This document shows positions 19,371-27,826 of a stretch of DNA of 64,000 bases, one piece after another. A model generated the notes under the pieces. That model searched no databases and was not told the origin of the DNA. It was given only the letters and a program-made list of their open reading frames with translations. Source of the stretch: Candidatus Zhuqueibacterota bacterium (lineage in GTDB: Bacteria > Zhuqueibacterota > Zhuqueibacteria > Thermofontimicrobiales > Thiofontviventaceae); contig JAFGDW010000237.1 of assembly GCA_016931935.1 (NCBI GenBank), positions 35,745 through 99,744 on the forward strand. The letters are read 5' to 3'. A program made the translations under genes and the position numbers. Position 1 is the stretch's first letter. Every line of letters begins with the position of its first letter.

Positions 19371-19417
19371 GACATCCCCCTGAATCCGCCTTTGAAAGGG
19401 CGGCAAAGGGGGATGTC
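19371..19417 (+). promoter_or_regulatory. Long bulged hairpin GACATCCCCC…GGGGGATGTC with inner CCGCCTTT-gaa-AGGGCGG stem, in the 226-bp spacer before AOR
   Basis: I read it directly from the sequence. There is no flanking U-tract on either strand. Confidence 0.35.
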
Positions 19418-19502
19418 AAAAGTTGAACAAGTTATTTAATTCAGAAATTTAAATAATTCATCATCAAAGATACTCTCTCTACAATTATAAGGAGCAACTT
19501 GC

Positions 19503-21311
19503 ATGTTACTTGAACAGCGAGGATATAAAAATAAAATTTTGTACGTTGATTTAACGACCGAAAAAATTTGGACAGAAACGCTTGATGAAAAAGTGATGCG
19601 ACTTCTGCTCGGAGGGAAAGGATTGGGCTCATGGCTCTTATACAAGCATATGAAACCCAAAATCGATCCACTCTCACCGGAAAACGTTCTCATCTTTGTC
19701 GTTGGTCCATTGACTGGTACAACGGCGCCAACTTCCAGCCGGTTTGGTATTGTTTCGAAAAGTCCGGCATCGCATACATTTCTTGATTCTTATTGCGGCG
19801 GTTTCTTCGGTCAAATGATCAAGTACGCCGGTTATGATGCAATCGTTATTAACGGCGCTGCAAATAGTCCAAAAGTCCTCGTCATTAATGATGATGACAT
19901 CAGCATCGACGATGGCAGTGAAGTCTGGAACAAAAATACACATGAATCTACCGAGTATCTGACATCAAAATATGGCGCTGATATGAAGACGGCCGTAATT
20001 GGCCCCCCGGGTGAGCGATGCGTGCCGATTGCGGGCATTTTTTGCGATGTGAGAACGCTTGGACGAGGCGGCGCCGGCGCTGTCATGGGTTCCAAAAAAT
20101 TGAAAGCGATAGCCATTAAAGGCAGCGGCACTGTTGAAATAACGAACCAGAAAGAATTTGAGAATGCTGTTTGGGTGACTCATCGAATGTTGCGTATGAG
20201 TTCGCAGGTAACTCGTCTATCGAACGATGGCACCGTGAATATTCTGGATTTGGTAAATGCATCCGGAGCCTTGCCCACGCGAAATTTTCAATCCGGTGAA
20301 TTTGAAGAAGCCGATAAACTGACCAGCAAGAACTGGAAAAAAGACTACTGGATAAAAAGCGCGGCTTGCTTCGGTTGCCCGATGGCCTGTACGAAAATAT
20401 CACGGTCGAAAAAACATGGTATCGTTCTGGATGGCCCTGAATATGAAACCATTTTTGCAATGGGCTCCAACTGCGGCGTGACCGATCATGAAGCGATTAT
20501 TTATGCCAATTATTTGTGCGATCTATATGGTATTGATACGATGAGCACCGGAGCTATTATTGCCTTTGTCATGGAACTGTATCAGAAAAAAATGATCTCC
20601 ACAGATGATTTGAGCGGCATTAAAGCGACGTGGGGGAGTGGCGATACACTAATACGCCTGACGGAAATAATTGCGACCGGTGAAGGTATCGGTGAACTGC
20701 TGAGCAAAGGCGTCAGAGAAATATCCAAACATTTTCCGGGCAGTGAAGAATTTTCGATGCATGTTAAAGGCCTGGAAATGCCTGGCTATCTTGCTCGCGC
20801 TGCCAAGGGGATCGGATTAAGCTACGCGATTTCTGAACGGGGGGCATGCCATTTGAAAGGCTCACCATTGACAGAAATTCTTGGCGGCGCTGATCCGTTA
20901 ACGGCTGACGGCAAAGCCGCCCTGTTCAAATCAAATCAGTTAGATGTTGCTGTTGTTGACTCAGCGATTTTATGCTACTTTGTAAAATTCGGCATCACAT
21001 TAAAAGAAATTTTTCAGATAATAAATCCATGCACCGGATTCGAATATAAAAACCCCAAAGAATTGGAAGAAGTGGGCGAACGAATAATTACACTGACCCG
21101 ATTGTTTAATACACGCGAAGGATTCTCCAAAAAGGATGATATCCTTCCCAAACGCTCGCTTGCAGAACCAATACCATCCGGCAATGCGAAGGGACATGTT
21201 GTTGAACTGGATACGCTGCGGTCAGAATATTATAATTTGATGGGATGGAATGACGACGGTATTCCCACTGAGGCTACCATTCAGAGATTGGCTTTAAACG
21301 ACATTTTGTAG
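19503..21311 (+). CDS. Aldehyde:ferredoxin oxidoreductase family (tungsten/molybdopterin AOR)
   Basis: AAGGAG lies upstream. It has the AOR N-terminal domain (KILYVDLTTEKIW…) and the EYETIFAMGSNCGV cluster-binding region. At 602 aa it is typical AOR length. Confidence 0.9.
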   Translation: MLLEQRGYKNKILYVDLTTEKIWTETLDEKVMRLLLGGKGLGSWLLYKHMKPKIDPLSPENVLIFVVGPLTGTTAPTSSRFGIVSKSPASHTFLDSYCGGFFGQMIKYAGYDAIVINGAANSPKVLVINDDDISIDDGSEVWNKNTHESTEYLTSKYGADMKTAVIGPPGERCVPIAGIFCDVRTLGRGGAGAVMGSKKLKAIAIKGSGTVEITNQKEFENAVWVTHRMLRMSSQVTRLSNDGTVNILDLVNASGALPTRNFQSGEFEEADKLTSKNWKKDYWIKSAACFGCPMACTKISRSKKHGIVLDGPEYETIFAMGSNCGVTDHEAIIYANYLCDLYGIDTMSTGAIIAFVMELYQKKMISTDDLSGIKATWGSGDTLIRLTEIIATGEGIGELLSKGVREISKHFPGSEEFSMHVKGLEMPGYLARAAKGIGLSYAISERGACHLKGSPLTEILGGADPLTADGKAALFKSNQLDVAVVDSAILCYFVKFGITLKEIFQIINPCTGFEYKNPKELEEVGERIITLTRLFNTREGFSKKDDILPKRSLAEPIPSGNAKGHVVELDTLRSEYYNLMGWNDDGIPTEATIQRLALNDIL

Positions 21312-21321
21312 AAAGGTAATT

Positions 21322-22326
21322 ATGCCAAAAATTCAATTTATAAAGCACAAACTGAATCCGATTATTCCACGCACTCCCAATACATTCTATTCAAAATATT
21401 CGGCAAATCCTGATCTGCTTGAATTCCAGGGAAAGTATTTCTTCTATTTCAGAGGTCAGAATGAAAAAGGCGCCGATCAAATTGGTGTTGGCTATACGCA
21501 TATCGACAAATTTGATGGCATAAACTGGATAGTTCCTGATGAAAACCCAATTATTCCCATCTCATCCGATCCGTCAGCATTCGATTCCGGTTATATTCTT
21601 GATCCTGCTGCCATTGTCATAAACGGCAAGGTGCATCTCTACTATACTGCCCATCGCAGCGATTGGCAAAGCTGGAACATTCCATCGCACATCGGGCTTG
21701 CAATTTCCGACGATGGTTTCCATTTTAAAAAGAGCACTCACAATCCATTAATCGTAGGAATGGCTCCGGAAATTGTCTTCCATAATAACCGTTTTTACCT
21801 CTTTTTTCAGAAATTTGAGTCTGACGGTCGGCTGCATATTTTTTGTTGTCCCAGTGATGATGGATTGCATTTCAACGAAAAAAATCAGCAGAAAGTTTTC
21901 AGTCCATTTGTTGTTCCGAACTCCTTTGATTGCTATAGCATTTCGACAGTACGGATTTGGAGAGAAAAAGATAGGTATTTTATGACCTACGGTGGCTGTA
22001 ACCGCTACATTGATTACCCTATTGCGTTTGGATTGGCCAGATCGAAAGATTTAATGCATTGGGAGCGTTACCCGCATAATCCAATTTTGGAACGCGGTAC
22101 TGCGGGAGAATGGGATGAAGGCGCCATTTGGTTTGCCACGGTATTTAAAAAAGATGATGTACATTATCTCTGGTATGAGGGTAATGGTACTGGCCTGGGT
22201 GTATCGGATGAACATGCTCGTCAAGCTTCGAGTGAATGCCGGGATCAGGATTACGGAGGCTATGGAATTAATTCATTCTCGCAAATAGGACTGGCAACTT
22301 TTATGGGCGATATATGTCAATGGTAA
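21322..22326 (+). CDS. Five-bladed beta-propeller glycosylase-like protein (GH130 / GH43-like; possible mannoside phosphorylase)
   Basis: It has repeated hydrophobic-NPI(I/L) blade motifs (NPIIPR, NPIIPIS, NPLIVG, NPILERG). It is about 334 aa and has no signal peptide. Confidence 0.4.
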   Translation: MPKIQFIKHKLNPIIPRTPNTFYSKYSANPDLLEFQGKYFFYFRGQNEKGADQIGVGYTHIDKFDGINWIVPDENPIIPISSDPSAFDSGYILDPAAIVINGKVHLYYTAHRSDWQSWNIPSHIGLAISDDGFHFKKSTHNPLIVGMAPEIVFHNNRFYLFFQKFESDGRLHIFCCPSDDGLHFNEKNQQKVFSPFVVPNSFDCYSISTVRIWREKDRYFMTYGGCNRYIDYPIAFGLARSKDLMHWERYPHNPILERGTAGEWDEGAIWFATVFKKDDVHYLWYEGNGTGLGVSDEHARQASSECRDQDYGGYGINSFSQIGLATFMGDICQW

Positions 22327-22409
22327 TTGTAAATCAGTTAGCTTAATTTTCATTGAATCATTCACATTGTACAAACTATTCCTGAAATAACTAAAATGCG
22401 GAGGAATAA

Positions 22410-24467
22410 ATGCGTGATCGAATACTTGTTTTTATAACGTTCATTGTCGTTTTCTCATCAATTTTGTCTTCAAAAGGAATGGGACAGGGTGATCCTGCCT
22501 TTAATGGTGAATGGGTAATGATTCCCGAACAGAGCAGTGAAATTAGTATGATGGGAAAGTTTTCGATTGAAATCAAAATGAATGGTGCGGATGTGAAGAT
22601 ACTTCAGCCCAGATTTAAAGATGAACTCGTCTTAAGGACAGGCGGAGAAGAAAATAAAATTCCCATCACAAATCGTATTTTTCCAACAAATGTATTTATG
22701 GGACTCTCGATGCCGGTTGGCGAAGATCGTAAAATTAAAGCATATTGGGAACGTAATGGCATGGAACTGCGGCTTGAAGAATCATACGACATATTATGCT
22801 CGCAGGGACGATCTCCAATTTCAGCCACTCACATATTAGCAGTTTCTGATGGTAAGGAAATTATGACATACCAGATTCAACGTTCCACACGCTCAACTGG
22901 TCCTGAAATAAAATATATCCTGAAAAAAGCTGGTGTCCGAAATGCGTATTACATGGAACTTGAAGACGGCTGGGAAATTGATGGTAAGTTGCCGGAGAAG
23001 GCGTTACTAATTAGTTTGCAGGGTGTTGTTGATATGGCTGGGCCTAATTTATATTTCATTTATCAGGAGAGCTATCCATTTACCTATACCCGATCCGTAT
23101 TCGAATTTTACAAAAAACGATATTATACATTTGAAAAATTGGAAACAGCCAAACAGGCAGTGGAAACGTTTAAGGAGTACGTAAATGGCTACGTTGTCTG
23201 GGATAAAGATGTACGCACGTCGTTGATTGTAGCATTTACCGTATGCGGGCTGGAAAAAGCCATTGCTGTGACCGAAGACATGATTCCGATGATGGAAAAT
23301 GCTGGACTAAAAAAGATTGCCGATTTTCGCGGCCAATTCGCCGGACAAAACGACGCGGAGATTTATGACTGGGCGTATAATGAATATTGGGATCGATGCA
23401 GTCGGGATTTCATTATCTGGATGGGCGGCCCGCATGGCAACGTCATGCAACCCGGTGTTGCCGATTGGGGGATTTACAAAAAAGCGTTCTTTAGTGATTT
23501 ATCCACCGTTCCCAGCGATACTGCAGAATATGCGCTCGCCAACAAATTACTCAGTCAGATGAATCCCATGTCCATGGTCATGGGTTGGCATTCGTATGTA
23601 AAAGACAAGGAGCGTGATCATGTAAAACTGGTATCGAGCTATGGATTGCGGGTGGAAGGATTGCACACGCTTCCTAATGTCAGTTTCAGCCACCAGATAA
23701 TTCCCACACCCGGATTTGAATTTAAAAATCATCATAATTTAGTTGTCGGCAAAGATTACACACCGAAGAAGAAAGTCTATATTGCGTGTGTTCAAACCGA
23801 TGGATTAGGGATTGGCGCCTGGTTAAAACCGGGGCGAGGCGAAATCCCTTATGCCTGGGAGGTGATTATGAATCTGTCGTGGATGATGCCATCAATGCAG
23901 GAATATTTTTACAGTATGGCAACGCCAAATGACTATTTCATTGGATGTCTATCCGGTCCCGGTTATATCTATCCCAAAGCTGTACCGCATGACAAGCTAC
24001 CCGGTCTGATTAATATGGCAAAATGCTTTATGGAGAACCTTGATTTGAATGTATTTGAAATCATGGACTATTCTGAAGGAGCAACGATAGACGGAAACAC
24101 CGAACTTACGAAAGAAGTTGTTGATGCTTATTATGAAAACATGCCCAATGCCATTGGTTTTCTGAACGGTTATGCGCCTGCCTTCACATTCACATCACGG
24201 AATGGCCGGCCGCTTATTTCGTATGATTACTATCTGTCACCAACTCGAACCGAGGATGATGCGGTTGCTGATTTGCAGGAATTGGCAACGATTAATTCAA
24301 AACGTCCGTATTTTCTGCTGATGCATGTGCGTGAATCGAGTGATGTGAAACGTGTAAAGGGTATTATTGATAGGCTGGAATCGCAGTTTGAGCTGGTGCC
24401 GCTGGATGTGTTTATCACGATGGCTGGTAAAAATCCAACGTTTAAGGAGCGCTATTTACAAAAGTAA
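22410..24467 (+). CDS. Secreted hypothetical protein (685 aa)
   Basis: GGAGG is upstream and it has a signal peptide. I recognised no motif. Confidence 0.5.
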   Translation: MRDRILVFITFIVVFSSILSSKGMGQGDPAFNGEWVMIPEQSSEISMMGKFSIEIKMNGADVKILQPRFKDELVLRTGGEENKIPITNRIFPTNVFMGLSMPVGEDRKIKAYWERNGMELRLEESYDILCSQGRSPISATHILAVSDGKEIMTYQIQRSTRSTGPEIKYILKKAGVRNAYYMELEDGWEIDGKLPEKALLISLQGVVDMAGPNLYFIYQESYPFTYTRSVFEFYKKRYYTFEKLETAKQAVETFKEYVNGYVVWDKDVRTSLIVAFTVCGLEKAIAVTEDMIPMMENAGLKKIADFRGQFAGQNDAEIYDWAYNEYWDRCSRDFIIWMGGPHGNVMQPGVADWGIYKKAFFSDLSTVPSDTAEYALANKLLSQMNPMSMVMGWHSYVKDKERDHVKLVSSYGLRVEGLHTLPNVSFSHQIIPTPGFEFKNHHNLVVGKDYTPKKKVYIACVQTDGLGIGAWLKPGRGEIPYAWEVIMNLSWMMPSMQEYFYSMATPNDYFIGCLSGPGYIYPKAVPHDKLPGLINMAKCFMENLDLNVFEIMDYSEGATIDGNTELTKEVVDAYYENMPNAIGFLNGYAPAFTFTSRNGRPLISYDYYLSPTRTEDDAVADLQELATINSKRPYFLLMHVRESSDVKRVKGIIDRLESQFELVPLDVFITMAGKNPTFKERYLQK

Positions 24468-24500
24468 TAGAGTGGAGATTGAAATTCATAAGGGTACTAA

Positions 24501-25553
24501 ATGCACATATACGGTCGAAACTGGAAACGGCGTGAGCTTGAAGCGCGTGTTGGTAAAATAGAAACGATTGGTGGCGTTCGCAGATTCAGGATTGAAGATG
24601 GTCCCGAACATGGCGTGGAATTGATCCAGGTACGCAACGGCGCAGGGTTAACCTATTATTTGAACGCGTCCCGGGCGTTGGATATTTCACTGGCCGAGTA
24701 TCGAGGTGTTCCGCTTAGCTGGCATTCGGTTAATGGCGATGTCCACCCGGCATACTACAATCCCGATGGTACGGAATGGTCGCGAACCGCCGCCGGTGGC
24801 TTGTTGATGACCTGTGGGTTGACGCAGGTTGGTTCGCCATGTCAAGATGGTGAAGATAAGTTGGGGATTCATGGCAGAATTCATCATACACCGACGCGGG
24901 ATGTTTCAGCATACGGTTTTTGGGATGGCGACGACTATCATATGCAAATACGCGGAATAATGCAGGAATCCAGAATCTTTGCTGAAAATATGCAATTAAC
25001 GCGGGAGATCAAAACCCGGTTGGGCGAAAATAAAATTGTAATTCACGATACGGTTGAAAATATCGGATTTCAAACTACACCCTTCATGATATTATACCAT
25101 TTCAATTTTGGCTTCCCGCTTATGACCGAAAATACAATAATCGAATTCCCGTCGCATCAAGTTATTCCACGCGATCAGCATATTCCGGTCGACGGATTTG
25201 ATCGATGGCAAACACCGGAAGTGAACTATCAGGAACGGGTATATTATCATCAAATCGATCAGGCAAAAGTAAACGACAATTTGGCAACGGTTTATATTCG
25301 AAATTCCAGCTTCCCAATTGAGGCTGGAAATGGTAAAATACCTGTAACCGTACGTCTGGCTTGGAATATCGATAACCTGCCAAATCTGATTCAATGGAAA
25401 ATGCCTGCTGCCGGTGTGTACGCCTTGGGAATTGAACCGGCAAACTGTCATGTTGAAGGCCGTGTTGCAGAGCGTAATAATAAAACATTGATTATGCTTG
25501 AGCCGGGTGAAAGTAAGCATTATTATTTGGAGTTGGAAATTGTTGAAGAATAG
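24501..25553 (+). CDS. DUF4432-like / aldose-1-epimerase (galactose-mutarotase fold) family protein
   Basis: It is about 350 aa with a beta-rich composition. …GIHGRIHHTPTRDV… is reminiscent of the mutarotase family. The assignment is tentative. Confidence 0.35.
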   Translation: MHIYGRNWKRRELEARVGKIETIGGVRRFRIEDGPEHGVELIQVRNGAGLTYYLNASRALDISLAEYRGVPLSWHSVNGDVHPAYYNPDGTEWSRTAAGGLLMTCGLTQVGSPCQDGEDKLGIHGRIHHTPTRDVSAYGFWDGDDYHMQIRGIMQESRIFAENMQLTREIKTRLGENKIVIHDTVENIGFQTTPFMILYHFNFGFPLMTENTIIEFPSHQVIPRDQHIPVDGFDRWQTPEVNYQERVYYHQIDQAKVNDNLATVYIRNSSFPIEAGNGKIPVTVRLAWNIDNLPNLIQWKMPAAGVYALGIEPANCHVEGRVAERNNKTLIMLEPGESKHYYLELEIVEE

Positions 25554-25565
25554 TGAGGGTTGATA

Positions 25566-25623
25566 AAGGCTAAGACTCAGGCTTAGGCGAAGGAAAAAGC
25601 TTATACACAGCCTTAGCCTTCGC
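25566..25623. repeat. Palindromic intergenic element AAGGCTAAG…CTTAGCCTT with internal GGCTTAGGCGAAGG
   Basis: I read it directly from the sequence. It is a member of the same word family as 10433-10487. Confidence 0.5.
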
Positions 25624-25694
25624 ATCTGCATCCAGAGAGCAATCAATCGGAAGTTAAAACGGTACTTGATTCATTATCAAAGGGAAAAAATTGA

Positions 25695-27800
25695 ATGCAC
25701 ATTTTGGGGCTTCACATTATTGACTTTAGTATCATTCTAATTTATATAGTCTTCATTCTCTGGCTGGGAAAACGTGCAGCAGATAAAACGAAAGATACCA
25801 GTGATTTTTATCTTGCCGGCCGTAAGCTGGGTAAATTCTATCAATTTTTTCTCAATTTTGGAAATTCCACCAATGCCGACCAGGCCATGGCAGTTTCTCG
25901 TGAGATTTATCGCCAGGGCATCGGTGGCATGTGGATTCAGTATTTGGTACTATTCCTGACACCGTTTTATTGGTTCACAACTATGCTTTTCCGCCGATCG
26001 CGGCTTGTTACCATCGGCGATTTTTTTACCGAACGATTCCACAGCAAATTTCTCGGCGGCGCGTATGCTGTGTTCACGTTGTTAATGGCTTTTCTTGGTG
26101 GCGGAGTTGGATTTATGGTCGCTGGAAAAACAATGATGGTGCTTTCACCGAAACCTGCAATACAGTATACGGTTGAAGAAGCTCAAAGCGTCGCGATGTT
26201 TGAAGAATATCAGCTATTAAAAAAGAAAGCAGATCTGGGATTAACGAATGAAGAACAGGCACGTTATGATGAGTTAGTTGAGCGCAATAAAAAAGGTGAA
26301 TTATGCGCTGTCATTTCCTATACGAATGAAATTGCATTTTATTTTATCTACGCGGTAATCGTAGGAGTTTATACGATGTTGGGAGGTTTTCTCGCCGCAG
26401 CAATCACTGACGCTATTCAGGGAGTGCTCATTATTACGTTCTCAATGTTGCTTATCCCGATCGGATTGAATAAAATTGGTGGCTTTGCCGGACTTCACGC
26501 CTCGGTGCCGGATTATATGTTTGAGCTGTTCGGATCGGCATCGATGAGTGAGTATGCCTGGTATACTATTCTCGCAATGGTGATTGCCAATCTGGTTTCA
26601 ATAGTTGCCAGCGCGCCGATGATGGCAACCGCCGGTTCAGCCAAAGACGAAAATACCGCTCGCTTTGGCATGATCGGCGGTATGTTCTTCAAACGTTTTT
26701 TAATGATTTTGTGGGCACTTACAGGACTTTTAGCAATTGGCCTCTATACAGGCAAGCTTCATGATCCGGATTTGATTTGGGGATTTATGACCAATGATTT
26801 ACTTTTCCCTGGCGCAATTGGATTAATGCTATCCGGAATTTTAGCAGCGAATATGTCATCGCTGGATGCCGCTTCAGTCACAAATTCCGCTTTATTTATA
26901 AAAAACATCTACCAACCATTTGTAACGAACAAATCAGAAACGCATTATATTAACGTGGGGCGAATTGTTATCGCCGTTACTCTGCTTGGCGGTATTTGGG
27001 CAGCTGTTTTCATTGGCAATCTGCTTGATTTATTTAAATATTTTATTTCCATACCGGCTATTTTCGGTGCGCCTATCTGGCTTGCATTTCTGTGGCGCCG
27101 TCTCACAAAAACGGCAGTTATTATTCAGGTGTTCGTCTGTTTCACTATTTATGCTATTATTCCCAATGTATTTCAGAGCATCGATGCCATTAAATCAAAT
27201 GAACATTTTCTGCTTCAGACAAAGCCGAAAACAGTCACTATTTCGACTGGCGCTTTGAAGGAAGATGTTGAAGCGGGACGGGCGCAAAAAGTTGGTGACA
27301 GTATAAAAAAAGAGCATACGATTCAACCTGCAGGCATATTTTTTGACAAGGTAGCGTTATCTAATCCGGAAGATAGCAATTCCCCCCAACTTGGTCTCGG
27401 GCGATTTCACGCAGAAATCTGGATTTTAAGCTGGTTTGGCATCGATTTTACAGAATTCACCAAAGCACAGCTTGTTACGACGCGCTTTCTATTCGATGCA
27501 TTATTTCCATTTTTACTGCTTTTCATATTAAGCTATCTAACGCGACCAACTCCCATTGAAAATCTCAATCGATTTTATGGAAAATTACATACACCTGTGA
27601 AACCGAACGCGGAAGAGGAAAATAAAGCTCTGGAATATGCATTTAGTCATCCCGATTTGTTTGAACATGAGAAAATATTTCCCCGTTCACAGTGGGAAAT
27701 TTTGAAACCCTCAAAGCAGGACTTATATGGATTCGGGGGAAGCTGGTTGTTGGTTTTCTTTATTTTATTTTTATTATGGCTGATGATATCGATAAAATAG
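25695..27800 (+). CDS. Sodium:solute symporter (SSF) family transporter with long C-terminal extension
   Basis: It has at least 13 TM segments. The N-terminus is typical of the solute:sodium symporter (SSS) family (…ILWLGKRAADKTKDTSDFYLAGRKLG…). Confidence 0.8.
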   Translation: MHILGLHIIDFSIILIYIVFILWLGKRAADKTKDTSDFYLAGRKLGKFYQFFLNFGNSTNADQAMAVSREIYRQGIGGMWIQYLVLFLTPFYWFTTMLFRRSRLVTIGDFFTERFHSKFLGGAYAVFTLLMAFLGGGVGFMVAGKTMMVLSPKPAIQYTVEEAQSVAMFEEYQLLKKKADLGLTNEEQARYDELVERNKKGELCAVISYTNEIAFYFIYAVIVGVYTMLGGFLAAAITDAIQGVLIITFSMLLIPIGLNKIGGFAGLHASVPDYMFELFGSASMSEYAWYTILAMVIANLVSIVASAPMMATAGSAKDENTARFGMIGGMFFKRFLMILWALTGLLAIGLYTGKLHDPDLIWGFMTNDLLFPGAIGLMLSGILAANMSSLDAASVTNSALFIKNIYQPFVTNKSETHYINVGRIVIAVTLLGGIWAAVFIGNLLDLFKYFISIPAIFGAPIWLAFLWRRLTKTAVIIQVFVCFTIYAIIPNVFQSIDAIKSNEHFLLQTKPKTVTISTGALKEDVEAGRAQKVGDSIKKEHTIQPAGIFFDKVALSNPEDSNSPQLGLGRFHAEIWILSWFGIDFTEFTKAQLVTTRFLFDALFPFLLLFILSYLTRPTPIENLNRFYGKLHTPVKPNAEEENKALEYAFSHPDLFEHEKIFPRSQWEILKPSKQDLYGFGGSWLLVFFILFLLWLMISIK

Positions 27801-27826
27801 ATTTTCTGAACAAGAAAGAATTAATC

